DNA of 64,000 nt from positions 6,600 to 70,599 of the forward strand of contig JAFEFQ010000234.1 of assembly GCA_018240505.1 (NCBI GenBank), given 5' to 3'. The position numbers and the translations under genes were made by a program. Shown here piece by piece: positions 33,856-44,369 of this stretch (position 1 is its first letter; the number at the start of each line of letters is the position of its first letter). Source of the DNA: Pseudomonadota bacterium. Lineage in GTDB: Bacteria; Pseudomonadota; Gammaproteobacteria; Xanthomonadales; Rhodanobacteraceae. The notes beneath the pieces are model-generated. The model worked only from the letters and a program-made list of their open reading frames with translations, was not told the DNA's origin and searched no databases.

Positions 33856-34641
33856 ATGGACCTGCATTCCAACAACGCGATGTACACCCTGTGCGGCCTC
33901 GTGGTCGGCGTGCTCGTCGGCTTCACCGGCGTGGGCGGCGGCTCGCTGATGACGCCGCTACTCGTGGTCGTTTTCGGCTTCAATCCCGCCACGGCAGTGG
34001 GCACGGACCTGCTCTACGCCGCGCTCACCAAGACCTGCGGCACGTTCGTGCATGGCCGCAACGCGACGGTCGACTGGCGCATCGTCGGGCGCCTGGCCAG
34101 CGGTTCCCTTCCCGCCGCGACCGCGATGATCTTTTTGCTCCAGCATCTGGACCGCAGCGGCCAGGGCACCGACCGCCTCATCGGCGCCGTGCTCGGCGTG
34201 GCCTTGATCCTCACCGCGATCAGCCTCGTCTTCCGCGGCCGCATTCTCGCCCGGTTCGCGCATGTCGCCGAGGGCTTGCAGGAACGGCAGGTTCAGCGCC
34301 TGACGATCGTGCTCGGCGTCGTACTCGGCGCGGTCGTGTCGCTGTCGTCGGTCGGCGCGGGAGCGCTCGGCATGGTCGCGCTGCTGCTGCTTTACCCGAA
34401 GACGCCGTCGGCCCGCCTCGTCGGCACCGATATCGCCCACGCCGTGCCGCTGACCCTCGTCGCGGGCATCGGCCACTGGTATCTCGGCAGCATCGACTGG
34501 ACGCTGCTCGTGTCGCTGCTGTTGGGATCGCTGCCCGGCATCGTCATCGGCAGCCAGCTGGCCACGTTCGTGCCGGACCGGATCCTGCGCCCGATCCTGG
34601 GCACCGCGCTCGCGGCGGTCGGCGCGCGGCTGATCGCCTAG
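33856..34641 (+). CDS. TauE/SafE sulfite exporter family
   Basis: GxTGVGGGSLMTP, AVGTDL, SSVGAG, VGTDIAHAVPL. Confidence 0.92.
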   Translation: MDLHSNNAMYTLCGLVVGVLVGFTGVGGGSLMTPLLVVVFGFNPATAVGTDLLYAALTKTCGTFVHGRNATVDWRIVGRLASGSLPAATAMIFLLQHLDRSGQGTDRLIGAVLGVALILTAISLVFRGRILARFAHVAEGLQERQVQRLTIVLGVVLGAVVSLSSVGAGALGMVALLLLYPKTPSARLVGTDIAHAVPLTLVAGIGHWYLGSIDWTLLVSLLLGSLPGIVIGSQLATFVPDRILRPILGTALAAVGARLIA

Positions 34642-35267
34642 CTAGCCTTCAGATATCCGGTCACCAGGCGCGCGCTCTCGTCGACGAGCGCTTCCATCGT
34701 CTCATCCGGAAACGCCTTGGAATAGTGAAGCACGGCGTTATGCGTCAATGCCTCGATCGAGGTCACACATACAAAGGTTGCTAGCTCCAGGTCGTCGACG
34801 CGGAGTTCGTGCCGGTGGCTCTCGAGATATGTCCTGAACAAGGTGTAGTTTTCGCCATTGAAGGTTGCCAGCTTCTCGAGCTTGCCCACGCGTGGAATCT
34901 GTTCCGCGACGACATGGTGCAGCTTGGGATCGACGCGGTGTGCCTTGACCGCGACAGCGACGATCTGGCGTATCGCCTTCTCCAACGGCTGGGCCAGGAT
35001 TCCCGCCACCCCTTCGCGAAAAGTTTGCATGATCTCCTGCTGGTGGCGTTCGACGACGGCGGCAACGAGCGCCTCCTTGCCGGGGAAGTATTGATAGAGA
35101 GAGCCGACGCTCACCCCCGCCACTTCCGCGATGCGGTTGGTGCTGGCCTTGTCGAAGCCTTCCTTGACCAGAATGCGAGCAGTCGCGTCGATCAGCGCGT
35201 CGACCGTCGCGCGCGAGCGCTCCTGGGAGGCTGTTTTCCTGGGTTCTGTGAGCGGTTTGCGCGCCAT
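34638..35267 (-). CDS. TetR-family regulator
   Basis: PRK..Q.RS..TV, IAEVAGVSVGSLYQYFPGKEAL. Confidence 0.94.
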   Translation of the reverse strand: MARKPLTEPRKTASQERSRATVDALIDATARILVKEGFDKASTNRIAEVAGVSVGSLYQYFPGKEALVAAVVERHQQEIMQTFREGVAGILAQPLEKAIRQIVAVAVKAHRVDPKLHHVVAEQIPRVGKLEKLATFNGENYTLFRTYLESHRHELRVDDLELATFVCVTSIEALTHNAVLHYSKAFPDETMEALVDESARLVTGYLKAS

Positions 35268-35391
35268 TTTCCGTCCCCGCCAATGCGAGTATCAAAAACG
35301 AATTATCGCTCGTATTCTGTTCGGCATCGAAATGAGACGACAGTACCTTGCGCAATCCGCGCAGCGCACAAATCACCGCGGAGACCCCGGC

Positions 35392-35901
35392 ATGCACGAC
35401 ACCTTGCAGTACCTGTTCAGATACAAAGCTTGGGCAAACGACGAACTGCTGACCGCGCTGGCCGGGCTCGGGGCTTGGCGACGATTCACCATTACCAGGC
35501 TGGCCACCAAGGCCCTGAGCCACAGCCATGTCGTCGACCGGATCTTCGCCGCGCACCTGCAACGAAAGGCTCATCCCTACACGTCCGCCAACCTGGACGA
35601 GCTGCCGGCGCTGGAGGACCTGGCTGCAGACATCAGAACGACCGATCAGGAGTACATCAAGTACGTGTCCGGACTAGATCGCGATGCTTTGGCGGAACGG
35701 ATCGACTTCGTGTTCACGGACGGCGCGCCGGGCCGCATGTCCCGCGAGGAGATGCTCATGCACGTGATCAATCACGGTACCGGTCATCGCGGGCAGGTCA
35801 GTGCCCTCATGCTGCTCAACGCCGTTTCGCCGGCGAAAGATGGATTCACGACCTATCTGCATGAAGCAGAGGCGTCGACCAGAGGACGCGCTGCAGCGTG
35901 A
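35392..35901 (+). CDS. DinB-family protein
   Basis: Y..WAN, LSH..VVD, HVINHGTGHRGQ; RBS GGAG. Confidence 0.88.
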   Translation: MHDTLQYLFRYKAWANDELLTALAGLGAWRRFTITRLATKALSHSHVVDRIFAAHLQRKAHPYTSANLDELPALEDLAADIRTTDQEYIKYVSGLDRDALAERIDFVFTDGAPGRMSREEMLMHVINHGTGHRGQVSALMLLNAVSPAKDGFTTYLHEAEASTRGRAAA

Positions 35902-35991
35902 AGGAGATGATCGGGAGATTCGAGCGGCTCTACGCCACTTCGTCGATCCAATGCAATTCAATGCTGCCCTATCCCACGGGTATCCGCCCCG

Positions 35992-37557
35992 TCACTCCCA
36001 CTCGATCGTCGCGGGCGGCTTGCCGCTGATATCGTAAACCACGCGAGAAATACCGCGTAATTCATTGATAATTCTATTTGAAACTCTGCCGAGAAAATCG
36101 TAGGGCAGATGCGCCCAATGCGCGGTCATGAAGTCGATCGTCTCGACCGCGCGCAGGCTGACGACCCACTCGTAGGCGCGCGCGTCGCCGACGACGCCGA
36201 CCGACTTGACCGGCAGGAACACGGCGAAGGCCTGGCTGACCCGGTCGTAGAGATCAGCCGTGCGCAACTCCTCGATGAAGATCGCGTCGGCGCGCTGCAG
36301 CAGCTCGACGTATTCGGGCTTCACTTCGCCGAGCACGCGCACGCCGAGACCGGGACCCGGGAACGGATGGCGGTAGACCATCGCGCGCGGCAGGCCGAGT
36401 TCGACACCGAGGCGGCGCACCTCGTCCTTGAACAGCTCGCGCAGTGGTTCGACGAGGCCAAGCTTCATGTCCTCGGGCAGGCCGCCAACGTTGTGGTGGC
36501 TCTTGATGACGTGGGCCTTGCCGGTCTTGCTGCCGGCGGACTCGATCACGTCGGGGTAGATCGTGCCCTGGGCCAACCACTTCGCATTGGCGAGCTTGTG
36601 CGATTCCTCGTCGAAGATTTCGACGAAGAGATTGCCGATGATCTTGCGCTTGGCTTCGGGATCGCTGACGCCCTCGAGCTTGGCGAAATAACGCTCCGCC
36701 GCATTCACGCGGATCACCTTGACGCCCATATGCTCGGCGAACATCGCCATGACCTGGTCGCCTTCCTGCCAGCGCAACAGGCCGGTGTCGACGAAGACGC
36801 AGGTCAGCTGCTTGCCGATCGCGCGATGCAGCAGCGCGGCGACGACCGAGGAGTCGACCCCGCCCGACAGACCGAGGATCACCTCGTCGCTGCCGACCAG
36901 ATCGCGCACGCGCGCGATCTGGTCGTCGATGATGTTGGCGGCGGTCCACAGCGTCGCGCAGCCGCAGATGTCGACGACGAAGCGGCGCAGCAGCGCCATG
37001 CCCTGCTTCGTGTGCGTGACTTCGGGATGGAACTGCACGCCGTACCAGCGCTTGTCTTCATTTGCCATCGCGGCGACCGGGATGCGGTCGGTCACGGCCG
37101 TGATCGTAAAGCCCGGCGGCGCCTTGGCGACATGGTCGCCGTGGCTCATCCAGACATCGAGCTTCGCCTGGCCGGCATGATCGCTCAAGCCACCGAACAG
37201 CGCGTCCTTGGCGACGATCTCGACCTCGGCATGGCCGAATTCGCGCGCATCGGCCGCCTCGGTCGCACCGCCGAGCTGCGCCGCCAATGTCTGCATGCCG
37301 TAGCAGATGCCGAGGATCGGCAGCCCCGCGTCGAACACCTGCTGCGGCGCCTTCGGCGCCCCGGCCAGCGTGGTCGATTCGGGGCCGCCGGAAAGGATGA
37401 TGCCCTTGGCGCCGAATTTGGCGATCTCGGCCGGATCGTGGTCCCAAGCCCAGATCTCGCAGTAGACGCCGATCTCGCGGATGCGCCGCGCGATCAATTG
37501 CGTGTACTGCGCGCCGAAGTCGAGGATGAGAACTTTGTCGGTATGGAGATCAGCCAT
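35992..37557 (-). CDS. guaA: GMP synthase
   Basis: [35 protein letters not shown]. Confidence 0.98.
   Translation of the reverse strand: MADLHTDKVLILDFGAQYTQLIARRIREIGVYCEIWAWDHDPAEIAKFGAKGIILSGGPESTTLAGAPKAPQQVFDAGLPILGICYGMQTLAAQLGGATEAADAREFGHAEVEIVAKDALFGGLSDHAGQAKLDVWMSHGDHVAKAPPGFTITAVTDRIPVAAMANEDKRWYGVQFHPEVTHTKQGMALLRRFVVDICGCATLWTAANIIDDQIARVRDLVGSDEVILGLSGGVDSSVVAALLHRAIGKQLTCVFVDTGLLRWQEGDQVMAMFAEHMGVKVIRVNAAERYFAKLEGVSDPEAKRKIIGNLFVEIFDEESHKLANAKWLAQGTIYPDVIESAGSKTGKAHVIKSHHNVGGLPEDMKLGLVEPLRELFKDEVRRLGVELGLPRAMVYRHPFPGPGLGVRVLGEVKPEYVELLQRADAIFIEELRTADLYDRVSQAFAVFLPVKSVGVVGDARAYEWVVSLRAVETIDFMTAHWAHLPYDFLGRVSNRIINELRGISRVVYDISGKPPATIEWE
36058..36070 (-). promoter_or_regulatory. 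IHF consensus site inside the 3' end of guaA
   Basis: Minus strand TATCAATGAATTA matches WATCAANNNNTTR and sits in an AT-rich patch. Confidence 0.6.
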
Positions 37558-37864
37558 GCTCGCAGTATTGGGCGTCGACTTGCGTGAGGATTTCTGCTTT
37601 GGTGCCGGCAGGAACGTCAATCCACTGAGTTCTTTCAGTTATGAGCAGTTCGACGCCTTGCGCTCGTGCTGCATCAACAATCTGGGAAAACCAGCGGGCA
37701 TAGCTCCACTCGCGAGGTGCTGGCGAATTCAACGAGCGTGCGTCGCTGTCCCAATTGACCTCCATGGCCTCTCGATAGACATAAGGAAACGACGCCGACT
37801 GAGGCTTTATGCACAATCGCCTCTCAGCGTCGATACGTATTTCCGAAATCGGGTCTTTGGTCAT
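37550..37864 (-). CDS. Small protein resembling the Vibrio integron-cassette family VCH_CASS14
   Basis: [22 protein letters not shown] motif (recalled, not searched); lower GC than its neighbours. Confidence 0.65.
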   Translation of the reverse strand: MTKDPISEIRIDAERRLCIKPQSASFPYVYREAMEVNWDSDARSLNSPAPREWSYARWFSQIVDAARAQGVELLITERTQWIDVPAGTKAEILTQVDAQYCEHG

Positions 37865-37873
37865 ATCGACCGA

Positions 37874-39331
37874 TCAATCCATCCGATAGTTCGGCGCTTC
37901 CTTGGTGATCGCCACGTCGTGCACGTGCGACTCGCGCACGCCGGCGCTGGTGATGCGCACGAACTGCGGCTTGGCGCGCATCTCGTCGACGGTCGCGCAG
38001 CCGACGTAACCCATCGCCGAGCGCAGGCCGCCCGACAACTGGTGGATGATCGAGCGCAGCGGGCCGCGGTACGGCACGCGGCCTTCGATGCCCTCGGGCA
38101 CGAGCTTGTCGGGGTCGGCCTCGTCCTGGAAATAGCGGTCCTTGGAGCCCTTCTGCATCGCGCCCAAGGATCCCATTCCACGATAGGACTTGTAGCTACG
38201 TCCCTGATAAAGCTCGACTTCTCCGGGCGCTTCCTCGGTACCGGCGAACATGCCGCCGATCATGACGCAGTTCGCGCCCGCGGTCAGGGCCTTGGCAATG
38301 TCGCCCGAGTAGCGGATGCCGCCGTCGGCGATCAGGCAGGCGCCGCTGTCCTTGATCGCCTCGGCGACCATCGATACCGCGGAAATCTGCGGGACGCCGA
38401 CGCCGGCGACGATGCGCGTCGTGCAGATCGAACCGGGACCGACGCCGACCTTGACCGCATCCGCGCCGGCATCGACCAGCGCTTTCGCCGCATCGCCCGT
38501 GACGATGTTGCCGCCGATGACCTGCAACTGCGGAAAGTTCTTCTTGACCCAGTTGACGCGGTCGAGCACGCCCTGCGAATGGCCGTGCGCGGTGTCGACG
38601 ATGATCACGTCGACGCCGGCATCGACGAGCGCGCCGACGCGCTCCTCGGTGTCGCCGCCGGTGCCGACCGCCGCGCCGACGCGCAGGCGCTCGTGCCGGT
38701 CCTTGGCCGCGTTCGGATTGTCGTGCGCCTTCTGGATGTCCTTGACCGTGATCAGGCCGCGCAGCTCGAAGCCGCCGTTGACGACGAGCACCTTCTCGAT
38801 GCGGTGCTTGTGCAGCAGGCGCAGCACTTCGTCCTCGCTCGCGCCCTCGTTCACGGTGACCAGCTTGTCCTGCTTGGTCATGATGTTCCTGACCGGATCG
38901 TCGAGCTCCTTCTCGAAACGCAGGTCGCGGCTCGTGACGATGCCGACGAGCTTGTCGCCGTCGACGACGGGCACGCCGGAGATGTTGTTCGCGCGCACCA
39001 GCTTGAGCACGTCGCGGATCGAGGTGGTCGGCTTCACCGTGATCGGATCGCGGATCACGCCGGCCTCGAACTTCTTCACCAGGCGCACTTCGGCGGCCTG
39101 CTGTTCGATCGCCATGTTCTTGTGGATGATGCCGATGCCGCCGCATTGCGCCATCGTGATCGCGAGCCGCGCTTCGGTCACGGTGTCCATCGCGGCCGAA
39201 AGGATCGGGACGTTGAGCTGGATGTTGCGGGTCAGGCGCGTGGCCAGGGAAACGTCGCGCGGCAGTACGTTCGAGTAGGCGGGAACGAGCGAGACGTCGT
39301 CGAAGGTCAAAGCTTCGGTAAGGATGCGCAT
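37874..39331 (-). CDS. guaB: IMP dehydrogenase
   Basis: [17 protein letters not shown] pair, [15 protein letters not shown]. Confidence 0.98.
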   Translation of the reverse strand: MRILTEALTFDDVSLVPAYSNVLPRDVSLATRLTRNIQLNVPILSAAMDTVTEARLAITMAQCGGIGIIHKNMAIEQQAAEVRLVKKFEAGVIRDPITVKPTTSIRDVLKLVRANNISGVPVVDGDKLVGIVTSRDLRFEKELDDPVRNIMTKQDKLVTVNEGASEDEVLRLLHKHRIEKVLVVNGGFELRGLITVKDIQKAHDNPNAAKDRHERLRVGAAVGTGGDTEERVGALVDAGVDVIIVDTAHGHSQGVLDRVNWVKKNFPQLQVIGGNIVTGDAAKALVDAGADAVKVGVGPGSICTTRIVAGVGVPQISAVSMVAEAIKDSGACLIADGGIRYSGDIAKALTAGANCVMIGGMFAGTEEAPGEVELYQGRSYKSYRGMGSLGAMQKGSKDRYFQDEADPDKLVPEGIEGRVPYRGPLRSIIHQLSGGLRSAMGYVGCATVDEMRAKPQFVRITSAGVRESHVHDVAITKEAPNYRMD

Positions 39332-39446
39332 GGGTGTGGGGGAAGCCCAAGCCGGTAAACCCGTTATTATACCGATTTGCCCGCGGCGCCGCATGGGATT
39401 TTTGCCAGTGCAGCCGTGTCGACCCGTCCGCTGCCCTCAGGTTCCG

Positions 39447-41312
39447 ATGCCCAAGCCCTATTCCGCATTCCGCTCCGCCACCGCGAAGGATTCGCGGCGC
39501 AAGGGCCTGGCCGGTGCGGCGATTCTCGTCGTTTTCCTGCTGATCCTGTTCGGCCTGCGCGGCCTTGCGCTCGTCGGCATCACCACCGGCCTGGCCGACT
39601 GCCCGTGGTGCATGGGGGCGACCGCGATCCAGCAGGACGCGAGCATCCTCGCCCTGCTGCTCGCCTTCACCGGCCTGTCGCTGCTGACCGCGCGCTACTG
39701 GCTGCAATTGCCCTGGCTGCTGCTCAGCGCCTTGCTGCTGCTCGCCTACGCGCTCGACGCGGTCCTGCTCAAGACGCTGGTCCAGCACCTGTACTGGCTG
39801 GACATCGTCAAGTTCGGCAAGGAGATCGACGCGATCGGCCGTTTCGGCAATGTCCTGCTTGCGTCGGGCACCGGCAAGCTGATCGCCGTCGGCGTGATTG
39901 CGGGACTCCTCGTGCTCGTGCTCGCCCTGCTGCCGCGGCCGCGCCGCCCGCGTCTCGCCCTCGTCTGCTTCGTCGTCGCCTGCCTGTGTTTTCTCGTCGG
40001 GCAGTGGAGCCCGATGACGATGAAGTACATCAACTACCCGCTGCTGCAGAACTTCATCGCAGCCAACCTCGCCGACAGCGTCGATCGCCATTACAGCACG
40101 GCCTATGCCGACACGCTGCGCAAGGAATACGTGCCGCCCGCGCCGGTCTGCGAGGCGGGCCGCGGCCTGCGCCCGAACATCATCATCGTCGCGGTCGAAT
40201 CCTTGTCGATGTACCACAGCAAGCTGTTCGGCGACGGCGCCGACACGCCGCACCTCGATGCGATCGCGCAGGAGAACACCTGGTTTCCCGACTTTATCGC
40301 CAACGGTTTCACCACCGACAGCGGGCTGATCGCGATGATCACCGGCAAGCCGCCGATCCCGACCCTGGGCCGCTACCAGAGCGCCGAAGCGTTCGCCGGA
40401 TTCGAGAGTCCTGAAGGCGCGCTGCCCGACATCGTGCACGCGCACGGCTACACGACGCACTTCTTCACGACGGGCGACCTCGGCTTCCTCGACAAGTCGA
40501 CGTGGCTCAAGGAACTCGGTTTCGATTCCTGGGAGGGCGCCGAGCAGCCGTTCTACAACGGCTGGAAACGCCGTCACTTCAACGCGGCCGAGGACAAGGC
40601 GCTGTACCAGCGTTTCCTGCAGTGGCTCGATGCGCGGCCTGCGGATTCATCGGCGCCGTGGCTGGCCTTCGTCCTCACCGTGTCCACGCATCCGCCGTTC
40701 GTCAATCCGGAGAACGAGAGCCTCGACGAGACCGGCGCGTTCCGCTACGCCGACAAGCAGATCGGCATGCTCTACGACGAACTCGGCAAACGCGATTTCT
40801 TCCGCAACGGCGTGCTGATGATTTCCGGCGATCATCGCAGCATGACGCCGTTGTCCGCGACCGAGCTCGCGCGCTTCGGCGACAGCGCGCTCGCGCGCAC
40901 ACCGTTCGTTGTCGCGACGCAATTGCCGATCGCGAAAGGCGCCGTCGCCGGCAAATTCCAGCAGGTCGACATCGCTCCGTCGATCGCCGAACTGCTCGGC
41001 GACCACGCCTGCCGCAAGATCGACCAGGGCACCTTCCTGAGCCTGCCGCCGCAGCCGGCACGGTACATCGCCCACGCGCGCGGCGACCGCCGCAACCAGA
41101 TCGACATCTACTTCGACGGCAAGCAGGCGGACCTCGTGCTGGCCGGCGATCAGTCGAACTGGATCGGGCCGAAGCCGGACAACTGGAAGCAGATCATGGA
41201 CGGCATCGCGCTCGACCGCATCGGTCGCGGCACGGCGAACGAGAATTTCCTCGACCTGATGATCAATGCGCGCGCGCCGAAGCAACCCGAATCCTCATCA
41301 TCGTCGAAGTAA
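39447..41312 (+). CDS. LTA-synthase/sulfatase-family membrane protein
   Basis: Five N-terminal TM segments; PNIIIVAVES, TP.LD, TVSTHPPF, SGDH, QQVDIAPS. Confidence 0.85.
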   Translation: MPKPYSAFRSATAKDSRRKGLAGAAILVVFLLILFGLRGLALVGITTGLADCPWCMGATAIQQDASILALLLAFTGLSLLTARYWLQLPWLLLSALLLLAYALDAVLLKTLVQHLYWLDIVKFGKEIDAIGRFGNVLLASGTGKLIAVGVIAGLLVLVLALLPRPRRPRLALVCFVVACLCFLVGQWSPMTMKYINYPLLQNFIAANLADSVDRHYSTAYADTLRKEYVPPAPVCEAGRGLRPNIIIVAVESLSMYHSKLFGDGADTPHLDAIAQENTWFPDFIANGFTTDSGLIAMITGKPPIPTLGRYQSAEAFAGFESPEGALPDIVHAHGYTTHFFTTGDLGFLDKSTWLKELGFDSWEGAEQPFYNGWKRRHFNAAEDKALYQRFLQWLDARPADSSAPWLAFVLTVSTHPPFVNPENESLDETGAFRYADKQIGMLYDELGKRDFFRNGVLMISGDHRSMTPLSATELARFGDSALARTPFVVATQLPIAKGAVAGKFQQVDIAPSIAELLGDHACRKIDQGTFLSLPPQPARYIAHARGDRRNQIDIYFDGKQADLVLAGDQSNWIGPKPDNWKQIMDGIALDRIGRGTANENFLDLMINARAPKQPESSSSSK

Positions 41313-41329
41313 CAGCTAAAAAGAGCTTT

Positions 41330-41410
41330 GCCACGGATGACACGGATAGAGCAATTCACTCTATTTTCGCTCTATCCGTGTTTATCGGCTTTTATCCGCG
41401 TCATCCGTGG
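41330..41410. repeat. CCACGGAT-family palindromic element (short copy)
   Basis: CCACGGATGACACGGATA...TATCCGCGTCATCCGTGG (17/18 inverted match), with an alternative inner pair ACACGGATAGAGC/GCTCTATCCGTGT; followed by a T-run. Confidence 0.85.
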
Positions 41411-41426
41411 TAAGTTTTTTTTTTGC

Positions 41427-42704
41427 TTAACGCACCAGCGCCAGCGACAACTCCGGCCAATACGTGACGATCAACACGCACAGCATCAGCAGCGCGTAGA
41501 ACGGCAGGCAGGCGCGGATGATCGTCGTCGCCGGCCGGTTGAAACGCGCCGCAGCGATGAAAATGTTCATCCCGGCCGGCGGCAGGAAGATGCCGATCTG
41601 CAGGTTGGCGAGGAAGATGATGCCCAGATGCACCGGATCGACGCCGTAGTGGATCGCGATCGGCAGCACCAGCGGCACGAGGATGATGATCGCCGGAAAG
41701 CCTTCGAGCAGCATGCCGAACACGAGCAGGAAGGCGTTGAGCACGAGCAGGAAGCCGAGCTTGCTCGTGATGCCGGCCTGCAGCCAGGCGAACAGCTGCT
41801 CGGGCACGTCGGCATCGATCAGCCAGTTGGTCAGCGCGAGCGAGAAGCCGAGCACGATGAGGATCGCGCCGACCAGCAGCATCGCCTCGCGAATCACGCG
41901 CGGCAGCTCGACGAGCTTGATCTCGCGGCGGATCAGCACGGTGACGATGAGCACGTACAGCGCGGTCGCCGCGGCGGCTTCGGACGGCGCGAGCCTGCCC
42001 GAGAACACGCCGGCGAGCACGAGCACGGGCAGCGGCAGTTCCCAGCCGGCGTCCTTGACCGCCGCCCACAGCTCGCCCGGCGGCGGTTTCGGCGGGCGCG
42101 GCAGATCGCGGGCCTGCCAGGCGCTGTAGAGCGCGAGCACGACGATCATCAGCAAGGTCGGCAGCAGGCCGGCCTTGAACAGCGCATCGATCGCGACCGG
42201 CGGCGTCGTGTGAAACTGCTGCGCAACGACGCCGTAGAGGATCAGCGGCATCGACGGCACGAGCAGAAGGCCAAGGCTGCCCGACGCGGTCAACAGGCCG
42301 AGCGAGAAGCGCTCGCCGTACTGCGCCTGGCGCAGCGCCGGATAGAGCACGGCGCCGAGCGCGACGAGGGTCACGCCGGTCGCACCGGTGAACGCGGTGA
42401 AGAACGCGCAGGCGCAGATCGAGACGATCGCGAGGCCGCCCGGCAGCCAGCCGACGAGCGCATTGGAAAGGCGAACCAGTCTGCGCGGCGCCTGACTTTC
42501 CGCGAGCAGATAACCGGCCAGCGTGAACAGCGGAATCGCGATCAGCGCCGGCATGTCGGCGAGGCGGTAGAACTCGATCGCGACCGCGGTGCCCGGCTGC
42601 CCCGACGCCGCGAATCCGAGCAGCGCGATCGTCGCGATCAACGCGAACAGCGGCGCACCGAGTGCGGCAAGAATGACCAGGACGCCGGCGATCAGCCAGA
42701 TCAT
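41427..42704 (-). CDS. dctM: TRAP transporter large permease
   Basis: AIPLFTLAG, GSLGLL..PS.PLILYG, G.DPVHLG, PP.GMN.F. Confidence 0.92.
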   Translation of the reverse strand: MIWLIAGVLVILAALGAPLFALIATIALLGFAASGQPGTAVAIEFYRLADMPALIAIPLFTLAGYLLAESQAPRRLVRLSNALVGWLPGGLAIVSICACAFFTAFTGATGVTLVALGAVLYPALRQAQYGERFSLGLLTASGSLGLLLVPSMPLILYGVVAQQFHTTPPVAIDALFKAGLLPTLLMIVVLALYSAWQARDLPRPPKPPPGELWAAVKDAGWELPLPVLVLAGVFSGRLAPSEAAAATALYVLIVTVLIRREIKLVELPRVIREAMLLVGAILIVLGFSLALTNWLIDADVPEQLFAWLQAGITSKLGFLLVLNAFLLVFGMLLEGFPAIIILVPLVLPIAIHYGVDPVHLGIIFLANLQIGIFLPPAGMNIFIAAARFNRPATTIIRACLPFYALLMLCVLIVTYWPELSLALVR

Positions 42705-43240
42705 CGCGCCTGCCCTTCGTCGCCCGCGTTCATGCGACCGGCGTCGTGCAGCAGTTCGGGCGCGGACAAGCCGGGCACGTGAGTCGGCGTGGCAAAGGCG
42801 CGCACCACGAAGCGCAGCGCCATCAGACCGAAGCCGATCGGCAGGATGCTTTCGAGCAGCCAGTTCGGCAGGCCGAACTCCGACTTCGCGTCGCCGTCGA
42901 GATCGACGCCGACCAGCCCCCAGCCATACCACGCCAGCGCCGCGCAGACCGCGGCGGCGAACAGCAGCGTCAACACACGCGCCAGGCGCTGTGCGCCAGG
43001 CGGCAGGAACCGTTGCAGCACATCGACGGCGATGTGCTTGTCCTCGCGCACCGCCGCAAGCGCGCCGAGCATCGCCGTCCACACGACCAGCGTGCGCAGG
43101 AACGGATCAGCCCAGGAGAAGCCGCCGCCGAACACGTTGCGCATGATGATCTGCGCGCCGGCGAGCGCAACGAGAATCAGCACGAGGACGGTGAGGATGC
43201 CGTTCTCGATGCGGTGCAGCCAGCGCACCCAATTCCTCAC
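42701..43240 (-). CDS. dctQ: TRAP transporter small permease
   Basis: Four TM segments, W..MLGA..A....HI.VD. Confidence 0.9.
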   Translation of the reverse strand: MRNWVRWLHRIENGILTVLVLILVALAGAQIIMRNVFGGGFSWADPFLRTLVVWTAMLGALAAVREDKHIAVDVLQRFLPPGAQRLARVLTLLFAAAVCAALAWYGWGLVGVDLDGDAKSEFGLPNWLLESILPIGFGLMALRFVVRAFATPTHVPGLSAPELLHDAGRMNAGDEGQAR

Positions 43241-44220
43241 TTGCGCGCTTCTTCGAGCGACTTGTTCACCGCCGCGGCAAGTTCCGGCGAAATACCACCG
43301 GCGCCGGTCAGGTTCTTGCGCGCATCCTCGCCGATCGCATCCCAGGCCTTGCGCTGCTCGGCGTTCTGCGGCGTGACCGCCACGCCCTGACCCTGCAGCG
43401 CGGTGCGTGCCTGCGCGTTGTCGGCGCGTGCGCCTTTTTCTATGCGCGCGAACGCGGCGGCGACTTCATCGTTGACGGTCTTGCGGTCGTCGACGCTGAG
43501 CGCATCGAATGCTTTCTTGTCGACCGCGAGAAATCCCATCACGTACATCAGCGGCAGGTCGAGCATGTGCCTGACCTTGGTGTGCCACTGGAACGCGATC
43601 GCGCCGGCGGTCGTGCTCGCGGCGGCGTCGATCAGGCCGGTCTGCAGGCTGGTGTAGACGTCGGCGATCGGCAGCGGGATCGGGGTGACGCCGGCCGACT
43701 TGAACGCGATCTCGGCGACATGGTCGCCCTGCGGCACCCACACCTTCGCGGCCTTGAGCGTGTCCTTGTCGTGGATGTCGTTGACGCTGAACAGGTAGGC
43801 GAAGCCGCCGCCGGCCATGCCCGGCACGACGAAGCCGGCTTTCTCGAAACTGGCCTTGAGCTGTCCGTCGACTTTGGCGCGCACCTTGTCGACCTCGTCC
43901 TCGCTGCGGAACTGGAACGGCTGACTGTAGACGTTCGCATCCGGCGTGATCGCCGCCGCCTCGCCGCCGGTGAACGCGGCGCCCTGCAGCTGACCGATCT
44001 TGATCTTGCGCAGCACGGTCGCGTTGTCGCCCATCACGCCGCCCGGATAGAACTTGATCTCGACGCGATCGGCGGTCTTCGTCTTTACCGCTTCGGCGGC
44101 GGCGCGCATTTCCTTCATCCATGCGGTGCCGTCGGGCGCGATCGTGGCGATCTTGATCGTCGCGGCGTTCGCGCCGAGCGCGACCATCGTCATCGCAAAT
44201 CCTAAAATATACTTTTTCAT
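43237..44220 (-). CDS. dctP: TRAP substrate-binding protein (TatP-like DctP)
   Basis: KIATIAPDGT.W, YPGGVMG, V..SLQTG.ID. Confidence 0.9.
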   Translation of the reverse strand: MKKYILGFAMTMVALGANAATIKIATIAPDGTAWMKEMRAAAEAVKTKTADRVEIKFYPGGVMGDNATVLRKIKIGQLQGAAFTGGEAAAITPDANVYSQPFQFRSEDEVDKVRAKVDGQLKASFEKAGFVVPGMAGGGFAYLFSVNDIHDKDTLKAAKVWVPQGDHVAEIAFKSAGVTPIPLPIADVYTSLQTGLIDAAASTTAGAIAFQWHTKVRHMLDLPLMYVMGFLAVDKKAFDALSVDDRKTVNDEVAAAFARIEKGARADNAQARTALQGQGVAVTPQNAEQRKAWDAIGEDARKNLTGAGGISPELAAAVNKSLEEARK

Positions 44221-44312
44221 TTCCTCACCTTGTGACCGATGCCATTTGCCGTCCGCCCTTGAAAACGCAGGGATTCGATTCATCCAACCCGCCTTTGGGC
44301 GGTGCCGATAAC

Positions 44313-44368
44313 GGGCGCGATCGTATTGAATTATTTTCGCGCGAGGCGCGCGAAAATCGCGCCCCTAC
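44313..44368 (-). repeat. GTAG-type REP with a second hairpin in its loop
   Basis: Minus strand GTAG-GGGCGCGAT...ATCGCGCCC enclosing ATTTTCGCGCG/CGCGCGAAAAT. Confidence 0.65.
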
Positions 44369-44369
44369 G

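Noticed and set aside
38165-38225. Milder AT-rich patch in guaB
   Set aside because: No exact IHF box or clear promoter; it may be an internal guaA promoter but this is unsupported.
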